Assembly: GCF_009914755.1 (NCBI RefSeq)
Contig: NC_060926.1
Source: the human T2T-CHM13v2.0 reference genome, Homo sapiens
DNA: 64,000 nt
Strand: one strand, 5' to 3'
The notes under the pieces were generated by a model. The model saw only the letters and a program-made list of their open reading frames with translations, had not been told where the DNA came from and did no database searches. Shown piece after piece: positions 11,178 through 23,636 of the stretch. Position numbers and translations under genes: made by a program. The number at the start of each line of letters is the position of its first letter. Position 1 is the stretch's first letter.

Positions 11178-13959
11178 GGTAATTTCATGTGATCTAACCT
11201 GTTATTAACAAAGGTATGTATAATTCAATCCCAATTCCTAAAATGCCTAAGATTCTAAGAATCAGATTTAGGATCTAATGTTTATGATTTGATAAACATC
11301 AAATCATAACAATTTCTAAGAATTCTTTTGATTTCTAAGAATTATTTATTGTTTTATAGCAAAAAAATAGGATGATAATGTAGAAGTTAGAATTCTTCTT
11401 TTTGGTTCCATGCCATTTCAAATGATTAGGATTACCTCTGATCTGTGGTCTATGCCTTGGGTGTAAACTCCTTGATTAGACAGAATTCCAAAACCCACAT
11501 GACTGGGAAGTACATCTCACAAACTAAAGGTGGGGGAGGACGGAAGGAAGGGAGATACGTGAACAGAGAAGTCATATAGTACATCTTCCATTCCCCAGCC
11601 TTATGCTCTGACAATTAAAGCCAATTACCAAGGAGAATTCAGGCAATAATGTTAACTGATGGTGTCCATGTCAATTTGTTCTCTCGAAGCAGCTGAAAAA
11701 AAGTGTGAGAATAAATGGACATTTCTGTAAATAATTTTTTTTTTTGCAAATTCTGGCATATTTCTTACAAGTGTTGGAGCTTTAGTATTTGTACTCTCCC
11801 ATGGGCTAGAATTGAAAATTTCTATTATAATTACTTTCAGCTACTGAAGTCATGTAGGTCCATTTGAGGTATTTGCATAAGTGTATTTTAAGGCAATCTA
11901 TTTTCTAACATTAAGTAAGTGCTTGACACTTTAATTATAACTCATCAAGAAAGACCATCTATTTACCTGTCTGTTATCAAAATTTCTAAATTATAGATTG
12001 AGGAAAAATGTGAATGCCAGCTGTACTTAAAAGAAATAATAATAATTTACTTATGCAAGAAAATTATAGAGTGCATACACTAAGCTACGATGGATAATGC
12101 TTTGGTAAACTAATTGGATATATCAGTTATATCATTATTCTAGAACCTATATTTCTAACCACTCATATTAAAATACAACAAATTCCCACTACCTAGATTC
12201 TTTACATATACAAAGAAAGGCACAAGTCATAAAAAAAAGAAAAAAAAAGAAACTACCTATAAAAATGACTACTAATAACTAATAACTTATAGCTTAAATG
12301 ACAACTTAAACTATAATCTATTGCTTTAGCAGAGATATCACTATTATAATTGTTCATTTATACTTGGAATGACCAAAAAAATGTTTTTTTTTAGATGACA
12401 AACAGGCACAGTTCTGAAAAATGAAAAACTTTCTGTACCAGCAAAGCTGAGAAGATGAATCCTGAAACATTTAATCAATTTTTAAAAATTTCCTCATAGA
12501 TCAAAGCAAAGATTACTGCAAAGTTTTATGAATCAACATTGGGTTCATAGCTTAGGTCTAAGAGAGGGGAAAAAATATATCAGGAAACAAACGAACAATA
12601 AGTGCAGCCAGTTGTCAGTCTAGAAATATGGCAGATGGTTAAAATCAGAAGTCATATAGTTAACTCAAAGAGCCAAGGTCCAAACCACCAGGCAGAAGTT
12701 ATGAGAAGAACACCACTGAGTTCCAACCTCCAAACTGGGGATAGAAGCTGAGCAGAGGTGCCTAGTCACAGAACCCAAAAGGTAGTTGTTTTTTGTTTTC
12801 TGTGCTTTAAAAATACAACAGAAGACAATGGCTGGCCCTCTCTGGCATGGTCAGTCTACAGCCAAGTATGAGCTGATTGAGTGTTGCACCTGTCCAACAA
12901 AATCAGGACGTGTTCTTATTTCCTAGAGGTCATTGTAAGGGACTGTGAGGGTGTAGACAAGTCAGCAGCAATCAGATACACTGAACACTCTTGGACTAAC
13001 TCACCTTGCCCAGGTGACATTTTTGCATGTTTGTTTATTTCAGGACAGGAGAAAGAGAACCAGAAATTTGAGCTGTTTTGCATGGCAAATGTGGACAATC
13101 TTTAGAAAAAAAAATTTCTCGTTATTACTTTTAGTTGGCATTAGGACTGGACTCCAGTTCTCTCCTCAGGAAAGTAGAGTGTTGGGCCTGTTTGGCTCCT
13201 TCATTGGAACCAATAGGAGAGAAGCAACAAGTGAAGGGGGAAATGACTTAATTGAATAGTTTGTAACTTTGAAACATGCCATAATCCGTTTCCGTATTCC
13301 ACAGAGAACGCACTTGATTTTCCTTGATGATTTTCCACTCCTGCCCTGAGCATTTGCAGAGTGTAAATCAGAGACTGAGAGGCACCAGCAGCCCATTCTA
13401 CTCCTGGGATAATAAAAACACATGCCCTAGAGCTTCAGTTAGTGGGTTCCCAACCCATCAACAAATGGAATTTCTAACATTGCTCCCTAGTGATTGTATT
13501 AATGGGATAATTTTCTCTGACAGGATGTATTTTTTCTGAAATTATCTGAAGTTTCCTCTTCCAAACTCTATCTTACTGCCCACTCCCATGATTATCTCCT
13601 TGTGCAATGGAAAACAATATCAACCCCCATGTTAGTTTTCTATTTTTAGACCTGGTTTGGTCAGTCTATACAGTAAAATGGTTTATATTTAGCTCCTAAG
13701 TTTCTCCTGTTAGTAATTCAGACTCGTCACTCCCTTAGTCATTTTTATTGGCTGGTTGGTTGTCAGTTTCATGATGCTTGACCTAAGAATGAAGACAGTA
13801 TTTCCAGGGATAGCTCATAAGGGTGGGGTCAGATATTTTTGTCTATAGACTATAATGAATCTATATATACCTTGGAAGCCAGTCTAACTTCTTACCCTTT
13901 TTCAACCCATATATTTTTAGCCTCACATGATAAATTCTGAGTTATTTTTATTAATGATA

Positions 13960-14078
13960 TCTTCTCATCTTGGAAAACAGTTCCTATGGTATGTTGTTAT
14001 CCCTAGAACTTAGCCCATATGCCTGCAACATAGTTAGAACTCAAGATATACTTGATGAATAAATGAATAAATAAATGA
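13960..14078 (+). mobile_element. L2 3' end
   Basis: ATGCCTGCAACATAGTTAGAACTCAAG followed by a (TGAA)-like tail. Confidence 0.55.
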
Positions 14079-15568
14079 TTCAAACATTACTGGTAAGAGT
14101 TATTTCCAAATTATTTTTTGTCTGGATTTATAAGATTAAATTTTTTTTCTATTTTTCTTTAACATCTTTTAGTGTTTTACTTCAATTGAGGTGTGTTATC
14201 AGTTCAACTATTAGAGTACAATCTCATACTCTACAAGCACATATGTCCATGTTTTGCATAAAATTTGTGGGGTCACATGACTTCAGTGATCTTTGCCATA
14301 GGATTTCTGGCCTGGTAAGTGACTTTAGAAATCATCTGGTCTGATTCCAACATTTTGTAGACTTTAAACCTGACAACTAGGAAAGATTCTACGGGATATA
14401 GTTAAATGTTTTCTATTATAATCTTCTCTTTTGTTCACACTTTATTCTTTGTATTTGAAGACCATACCATGTCGTCCGGAATGGTCAACTCTTTCATACC
14501 ACTCAAACATACATTTTTTTCTTACATTTGAAAATCTAGCTACTGTTTTAAAGGACTTATCTCCATCTGTGTTTCAAATTCAGCAATTTGCAAGCTCTCT
14601 GGTGATCCACTGATGATCCCTGAAGTTTCCTAGATCAAAACGGTTAATTCTAGATAGTTAAAAGTTGACCTTTTAGAGTTCTGAGATTCATTGAGGTCCA
14701 TAATCAGCATCCATCTGAGGTTCTTGCTGTGGTCTCTTTTCTGCATGTAATTATTTTCCTTCGTATGTTTGCCCTTTTGATTATACGTGGAATTTTGAGG
14801 TTGGTCGCTTGGTGGCACTGTAGTTAATAGCTTGATTTTCTTGTGTATTTTTCCACTGCCTTCATAGCTTTTGTTTTTAAATTGCAATTATGTGAAATAT
14901 GTGCGACTTTTAAATTCTGCTGCAGGTGAAATGATTTAATGACTCTTGACTTCTGGATTAATTTTAAGCATTATAAACATTGTGAAAACAGACTCTTGCT
15001 AATAATGATCATTATCGTAATGGCTTGAGGCATAATCATTTACTAACATTAGCCAAGTGATTAAAATCCATCATGAGTTTAATTTGAAAAAATTTTGTTC
15101 CTTTGCAATAAATGGCTAATGATATTAGCCTCATCTTTGTGAGGCCAAAACTTATCATATGACTTTGTACTTTCACTACTTGATAGAAATCTTCTCTTTT
15201 TAACACAGGCCATATTATCCCTATTGTTTACCAAGCCTGTGGTGTTCTCTATATTGGTACTGAACTGGGCCATGTGGTGCACAATGTACATGCAATTGTC
15301 ACTTTTCTTTTATGGCCCTGCTATTTGATAATTTGTCATTTTACAAAGCAAGTGACCTTAACAGATGTTAAAATTAATTACCACGGCCAGTCAAACCTGT
15401 AGGGAAAGGGAAACATTCTCATTTTATGACTCATTTTTGTCAAAACTGGTTATGATATTTATAATAATCAGATTTTTTGATATATTTGTATAACTTTGTA
15501 ACGATGCCTTTAAAAAGTGTCCAATCTTAAAGTTAGTAATAATTTTCCAAAAATATTATCTTTCAACT

Positions 15569-16335
15569 GATTTTTTTTCTTTCTACCTCTTCTCTCTACA
15601 ACCCTCTGCCCTGCTCACAGACCAGCATTCTGGAGAGACTGAGTTTTGAAACAACCGAAGGAAAGTGATTAGAGAGCAAGTGTGTAGTTGCCATTTTTTT
15701 CCCCCCACAAAGAACCTGAGTCTGGACTTTAAATTTACTTACTGCCTCATTATTTCCTTTGATGAATCGTGCAAAAATCTTGACCTTCAAGGGTACTCTA
15801 CCCAGCAGATGCCCATGAGGATAATGATCTTATTTCCAAAACACCTTAAACAATTAGAAAAGGAAAAAAATAAGTATAACAAACAACCCCCAGAATAAAC
15901 AAACTTTGGCAACTGTGGAAGGGAAAAACCTGTATTTCTTAATGGGTACTATTTTGTTTCCAGAAGTTTTCCCCAAACGAAACAACCAGGTGAATATCGC
16001 ACACTGACTGATATTAGAGATTAGCCTTCCACAGGCTCACTGATGAACTGTAATCTTTATGGCTGTGTTAGCTGTTTCCTCTTCAAAACAAGTCAATGTT
16101 GTTATTCTCATTTTTTAAAGAACCAGAGAGACCCACGATGGAGAATTAACATGCCCAAGATTGTTTAGTGAGTGGGTAGAAGGCATGTTAATTGGCCATT
16201 GAATGCTATGTAAAAACTACACACTTGCTCTCTAATCAATTTCTTTCAGTTATTTCAAAACTCAATCTCTTCAGAATGCTGGTCTGTGAGCAGGGCAGAG
16301 GATTGCAGAGGTAAGAGGTAAAAAGAATAAAAATC
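15569..16335. repeat. 121-bp inverted repeat with 525-bp spacer
   Basis: 15569-15689 aligns without gaps to the reverse complement of 16215-16335 with 12 mismatches (hand alignment). Confidence 0.95.
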
Positions 16336-16391
16336 CCCGAAGGAAAATCATAAAATTTAAAAGTCACATACAGAATTTACTATTACATATA

Positions 16392-16416
16392 TGTGTGTGT
16401 GTATGTGTGTGTGTGG
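16392..16416. repeat. (TG)n microsatellite next to an Alu tail
   Basis: TGTGTGTGTGTATGTGTGTGTGTG. Confidence 0.85.
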
Positions 16417-16723
<307 letters not shown>

Positions 16724-17127
16724 TACTATAATATCTTAATGAGGTAAAAGTCACAGATTTTCAGTCAAATTATGAGCATTAGTAACTCCCTGAGCTAAAG
16801 CTAGCCATTAATTATTCAAAAACATAGTGTGCAGCACCTACTCCATGTAACATGTTGGGCATTAGGGACACTAGGGAAGTTAGTATAGCCAAGGTGACCC
16901 CTCTAATGATTTATAATACTGCAAACCTGCCCCAAATACTTGTGTTACATGGTTAAATAGCATGTCTTTTAGTTAACAGTAAAGTCAAAATATGGAATCT
17001 AGCAAAATTTATTAGAATAGAATCAACCATAAGAAAACTAGTTCCAGAAAACTGAGTTCCAGAAAAGTAACACCACTTATTCAAGATCTCATAGCTAGAC
17101 AGTGGCAAAGAGAAGTTGATTAACAGT

Positions 17128-17447
17128 ATTTTATTTTATTTTTATTTTATTTTATTTTAATTTTTGAGACAGGGTCTTGCTCTGTCACCCAGGCTGGAGT
17201 GTAGTGTCGCAATCTCGGCTCACTGCAACCTCTACCTCCTGGGTTCAAGCGATTCTTGTGCTTCAACCTCCTGAGTAGCTGGGATTACAGACGTGCACCA
17301 CCACACCCAGCTAATTTTTGTAGTTTTAGTATGAATGGGGTTTCACCATGTTGGCCAGTCTGATCTCGAACTCTTGGCCTCATGTGATCCACCCACCTTG
17401 GCCTCCAAAGTGCTGGGATTACAGGCGTGAGCCACCTTTGCCCAGCC
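17128..17447 (-). mobile_element. Alu (S/J type) with (ATTTT)n tail
   Basis: Full dimeric Alu in antisense orientation. Confidence 0.92.
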
Positions 17448-18649
17448 TTGATTTCCACTTTTTAAGAGTTCACTCTATTGTAAAATACTCTTTTCCAAAG
17501 ACCATCCAAAATAAGAATCTTAATTCCCCAAACCTATATATAATAAGTGTATACTGAGATAGATTTTTTTAACCTGTGGGATGATACAATAGAATGTAAT
17601 AATGATTTATGTTTGTATGAATGTGCATCTCAATAGGAACTACCCAATGAAATTTTATATGGCTTAAAGATATGAAAATTGTTTTCGCTGTGTTTTATGA
17701 AGCCTTAATAATGACTCTAATGCATTTGTGGACTGAAAATTTTCCCTTTTCAAATAAAGAGGGAAAAACATATCCTTCTACAGGAAATAGCGACCATAAA
17801 TCTGTTTTGTGGTAACAGATTTATTATTTCCAATACATTTTTTAAAAGTGCTTTTGGTTGTTGCTGCTGTTGTTTGAAAGTTCTTTGTTCTAGTTATTTA
17901 GTACCTTTCAGCCAATAAAAGTTTATAAATTCACATGTCAAGTTTTATAAAACTTTTCATTTCCTTATTAAGGTGTTTTTAATAATTATTTTAATATTTC
18001 TAATATTTAAGAACAATTAAACTATGATGATGATATTAAAATCATACTATGACAAAATCCAGACTCTGTAGAGCAAAATGGGGTTTCAGGACAGGCGGAG
18101 ACAGACTGAGCTGCTGGTCCATTAAGGCTGCCAGGTAATGGTCTGACCACTTATCTGCTGAATTTCCTGCTAGCCAGACATGATCACATCAATTTCCTTC
18201 ATAGGCAATTCTTACACAGTTATAACTTTGAGGGGGAGCAAAGTCATTTTAGAATCTGAACACCAGGACCAGGAGTTAATTGAGCCCCTCCACCAGGAAG
18301 GAACAGTAACTCCTACCCTGTTTGGAAAATTTCATTGTGAAGAATGTAGTGTATGCCACATTGTGAAAGATGTCTCACAAAAAACTCAGAAATTAAACCA
18401 CATATATTTTATTTCCTTTGTTGTTGTTCGATTGGCATGAAAAAATTTTGCCAAGGAAAGAGGATTTAAGATTTTTATTTTTCCTTTTCTTTTTAAAAAA
18501 TCCCCAAATGACAAGAATGTCTGCTTTTCGCAAAATATGTACATAAAAGTTTATCTTGATGGCCATACTACTTTTCTCAGTTAGGGGAAACAGCTATACC
18601 AACTGTTGTGTCCATTTATTCAGTTTTTCTTTTAACAATTCATTGCTTT

Positions 18650-19405
18650 TCTTGATCACTTTACTAAATCTCTACAGAAATGACTTTAAATTTGCCTAGA
18701 TTCGAACTTCATATAAATGGATTCATATGTTCTCTTTTGTGATTTGCTTCCTTCACTCAGCATTATGTTTCCAGGTTCTTCCATGTTGACAAATGCTTTC
18801 TATGAGTCATCCTTTTGCACTGTTATGTAGTTTTCTATTGTACGACTAGCAACATTCAATTATCCATTCTGTAGTTAATGTACATATGAGTTGTTTCCAG
18901 CATTTTGCTGCTGTGAGTAGAACTTCTCTAACATTCTTGGACTTGACTCCAGATGCACATGTCTAACAGTTTTTCTAAGCTGCATACCTAAGAATAAATT
19001 TGCTGAGCCAGAGGGTATTTTTTCCAAAGTAGTTGTACCAATTACCCACCCACAAGCAATGGATAAGAGCTCTATTGCTCCAACCCAGGCAAGACTTGAA
19101 ATTCTCCAACTTTAAAAAATTGTGGCCAAACAGAAGAGTAAAAAATTGGTATTTCACTGTGGTTCTAATTTGCATGTCTTTGATTTCTAACAAGGTTACA
19201 TATTTATGTTTTCTGCCCACTTTCCTACTACATTATTCATCTTTCCCTATTAACTTATAGGTTTTCTTTAAATATTTTGGATTCTAATCCTCCACTGGTT
19301 ATGCTCTTATAAATATCTTTTGCCAGTTTGTGACTTGTATTTTAACTTTTTAAAAAACAGTACACATAATAAATATGTGCTCTTAATTTTAATGTAGTAA
19401 AAATT
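18650..19405 (-). mobile_element. Old L1M (L1ME-like) 3' fragment
   Basis: GAACTTCATATAAATGGA...CTTCACTCAGCATTATG...TTGCATGTCTTTGATT; ORF 18975..19220(-) resembles the ORF2 C-terminus. Confidence 0.65.
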
Positions 19406-19407
19406 AT

Positions 19408-19787
19408 CTGTATTAGACCATTCTTGCATTGCTATAAAGAATACTTGAAACTGGGTAATTTATAAAGAAGAGAGATTTAATTAGCTCATAGTTCTGCAGG
19501 CTTTATGGGAAGCATGGTGCTGACATCTGCTTCTGGTGAGGCCTCAGGAAACTTACAGTCATGGCAGAAAGCAAACGGGGAGGCAGCATGTCACATGGCG
19601 AGAGCAGGAGCAAGAGAGTGAGGTTAGGGGAGGTCCTAGACTTTTAAGCAACCAGATCTCACATGATCTAACTGAGTGAGAACTCACCACCAAGGAGATA
19701 GTGCTAAACTATTCATGAGGGATGATCTGCCCCCATGATCCTGTTACCTCCCAACAGGCCACACCTCCAACACTAAGAATCATATTT
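19408..19787 (-). mobile_element. MSTA MaLR LTR, 5' terminus missing
   Basis: TGTATTAGACCATTCTTGCATTGCTATAAAG...CACCTCCAACAC, then an abrupt switch to L1 sequence. Confidence 0.85.
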
Positions 19788-22607
19788 TAGAATAAATATG
19801 ATGTGATGCTGAGAAGAATTTATATTCTGTTGATTTTGGGTGGAGTGTTCTGTAGATGTCTATTAGGTCCTCTTGGTCCAGAGTTGAGTTCAAGTCCTGA
19901 ATATCCTTGTTAATTTTCTGTCTCGTTGATCTAATATTGACAGTTGGGTATTAAAGTCTCCCACTATTACTGTGTGGGAGTCTAAATTTCTTTGTAAGTC
20001 TCTAGGAATTTGCTTCATGGACCTGGGTGCTCCTGTATTGGGTGCATATATATTTAGGATAGTTAGTTCTTCTTGTTGCATTGATCTATTTACCATTATG
20101 TAATGCCCTTCTTTGTCTCTTTTGATCATCTGTTTTATCAGAGACTAGGATTGCAAACCCTGCTTTTTTTGCTTTCCATTTGCTTGGTAGATCTTCCTCC
20201 ATCCCTTTATTTTGAGCCTATATGTGTCTTTGCACGTGAAATGGGTCTCCTGAATATAGCACACCAATCGGTATTGACTCTTTATCCAATTTGCCAGTCT
20301 GTGTCTTTTAATTGGGGCATTTAGCCCATTTACATTTAAGGTTAATATTGTTATGTGTGAATTTGATCCTGTCATTATGATGCTAGCTGGTTATTTTGCC
20401 CGTTAGTTGTTGCAGTTTCTTCATAGCATCTATGGTCTTTACAATTTGGTATGTTTTTGCAGTGGCTGGTACTATTTTTTCCTTTCCATATTTAGTGCTT
20501 CCTTCAGGAGCTCTTGTAAGGCAGTCCTGGTGGTGACAAAAATCTCTCAGCATGTGCTTGTCTGTAAAGGATTTTATTTCTACTTCACTTATGAAGCTTA
20601 GTTTGGCTGGATATGAAATTCTGGGTTGAAAATTCTTTTCTTTAATAATGTTGAATATTGGCCCCCTGTCTCTTCTGGCTTGTAGGGTTTCTGCAGAGAG
20701 ATCCACTGTTAGTCTGATGGGCTTCTCTTTGTGGGTAACCCGACCTTTCTTTCAGATTGCCCTTAACATTTTTTCCTTCATTTAAATCTTGGTGAATCTG
20801 TCAATTATGTGCCTTGGGGTTGCTCTTCTCGAGGAGTATCTTTGTGGTGTTCTCTGTATTTCCTGAATTTGAATGTTGTCCTGTCTTGCTAGTTGGGGAA
20901 GTTCTCCTGGATAATATCCTGAAGAATGTTTTCCAACTTGGTTCCATTCTCCCCGTCACTTTCAGGTACACCAATCAAATGTAGGTTTGGTATTTTCACA
21001 TAGTTGCATATTTCTTGGAGGATTTGTTCATTCTTTTTTCTCTAATCTTGTCTGCAGGCTTTATTTCATTACGCTGATTTTCAATCTCTGATATCCTTTC
21101 TTCCGCTTGATTGATTCGACTATTGATACTTGTGTGTGCTTCACAAAGTTCTCATGCTGTGTTTTTCAGCTCCATTGGGTCATTTGTGTTCTTCTTTAAA
21201 CTGGTTATTTTAGTTAGAAATTCCTCTAACCTTTTATCAAGGTTCTTAGCTTCCTTGCATTGGGTTAGAACATGCTCCTTTAGCTCGGAGGGGTTTTTAT
21301 TATTCACCTTCTGAAGCCTACTTCTGTCAACTCGTCAAACTCATTCTACTTCCAGTTTTGTTCCCATGCTGGCAAGGAGTTGTGATCCTTTGGAGGAGAA
21401 GAGGCATTCTGTTTTTCGGAATTTTCAGCCTTTTTGCACTGGTTTTTCTTCATCTTCCTGGATTTATCTACCATTGGTCTTTGATGTTGGTGACCTTCAG
21501 ATGGGGTTTTTGTGTGGATGTCCTTTTGGTTGATGTTGATGATATTCCCTTCTGTTTGTTAGTTTTCCTTCTAACAGTCAGGCCCCTTTGCTGCAGGTCG
21601 CTGGAGTTTGCTGGAGGTCCACTCCTGACCCTGTTTGCCTGGGTACAACCAGCAAAGGCTACAGAACAGCAAAGATTGCTGCCTGTTCCTTCCTCTGGAA
21701 GCTTCGTCCCGGAGGCGCACCTGCCAGATGCCAGCTGGAGCTCTCCTGTATGAGGTGTCTGTCAATCCCTGCTGGGAAGTGTCTCCCAGTCGGGAGGCAC
21801 AGGGGTTATGGACCCACTTGAGCAGGCAGTTTGTCCCTTAGCAGAGCTCGAGCTCTGTGCTGGGAGATCCAATGGTCTCTTCAGAGCCAGCAGGCAGGAA
21901 GTTTAAGTCTGTTGAAGCTGTGCTCACAGCCACCCCTTCCCCCAGGTGCTCTGTCCCAGAGAGATGGGAGTTTTATCTATAAGCCCCTGACTGGGACTGC
22001 TGCCTTTCTTTCAGAGATGCCCTGCGCAGAGAGGAGGAATCTAGAGAGGTAGTCTGGCTACAGCAGCTTTTTGGCACTGTGGTAGGCTCCTCCCAGTTTG
22101 AACTTCCCAGTGGCTTTGTTTACACTGTGAGGGGAAATCTGCCTACTCCAGCCTCAGTGATGCCAGATGCCCCTCCCCCCACCAAGCTCCAGGGTCCCAG
22201 GTCAACTTCAGACGGCCTTGCTGGCAGCGAGAATTTCAAACCAGTGGATCTTAGCTTGCTGGGCTTTGTGGGGGTGGGATCCGCTGAGCTGGACTACTTG
22301 GCTCCCTGGTGTCAGCCCCCTTTCCGGGGAAGTGAATGGTTCTGTCTCACTGGCATTCCAGGCGCCACTGGGGTGTGAAAAATACTCCTGCAGCTAGCTT
22401 GGTGTCCGCCCAAACAGCCGCCCAGTTTTGTGCTTGAAACCCAGGTCCCTGGTGGTGTAGACATCCGAGGGGATCACCTGGTCTGTGGGTTGTGGAGATG
22501 GTGGGAAAAGCATAGTATCTGTGCTGGAATGCACCATTCCTCATGGCACAGTCCCTCAGGGCTTCCCTTGGCTAGGGGAGGGAGTTCCCTGGCCCCTTGC
22601 GCTTCCC
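19784..22607 (-). mobile_element. L1PA7/8-like fragment: most of 5'UTR, ORF1 and start of ORF2, no 3' end
   Basis: ORFs 20145..20375(-) MTGSNSHITILTLNVNGLN, 19890..20129(-) and 20383..20706(-); 5'UTR-like GC-rich sequence to 22607. Confidence 0.92.
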
Positions 22608-22714
22608 TAAAGGAAGTAAACCATGCAAACCAAAAGAAAGCCTGATTTTTGAGACATTCAGTTCTTTCAAGGTCTATATAGGAACAAAAGAAAGTGGGAA
22701 AAGAAGCCTTTGAA

Positions 22715-23135
22715 GATTGACTCCTGCCTACATTTCCAGCCTGTTTCTCTTGCTACTCCACTGGAGCTTCCCACATGCCTACTAGTCTGAATTGCTTTCA
22801 TTTCTCCCAACTGCCATGTTTCATTGCTTCCGCACCTTTGTACAGACTGTTTCTCCTCTGCCTGGAATGCCTTTCTGTCCTCTTCATCCTTCCCATGGCT
22901 AACTTGAACTCATTGTTCAGCACTGGGTTAAGCCTGGTCTCCTTCAGGAAGCCATTACTAAAGGAGGTGCCTATTCTCCATGGCTCTGTGACCCCTTTAT
23001 TAGTCCTTGCTTTACCTATGCTGCAACTGCCTGTGTACTTGTATGTCTCCCCAGCTGTAAATTAGCACCTTCAGGGCAAAGACTGTATCCTTTATCATGG
23101 TACTATGCACATCTAATATTTGTTAGATCAATGGT
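22715..23135 (+). mobile_element. L2 fragment
   Basis: CCTTTGTACAGACTGTTTCTCCTCTGCCTGGAATGCC and CCTTCAGGAAGCC motifs. Confidence 0.65.
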
Positions 23136-23218
23136 AAAATTTGTGGATTTGTTATACACCTTGGGTATCATTGTAATGATTGCCATCAGTAGAGTTAAGA
23201 TGAAATATCCTAGAGCTG

Positions 23219-23491
<273 letters not shown>

Positions 23492-23507
<16 letters not shown>

Positions 23508-23636
23508 AGAAAGAAAGGAAGGAAGGGAAGGGAAGGAGAAGGGAATGGGAAGAGAAGGGGAAGGGAATGGGAAGGAAAAGGGAAGGGGAAGTGAAGGGGA
23601 AAGGAAAGGGAAAGGAAGGGGAAGCGAAGGGAAAAG
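23492..23636. repeat. Polypurine (GGAA/GGGAA)-like low-complexity tract
   Basis: ~145 bp almost entirely G/A. Confidence 0.9.
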
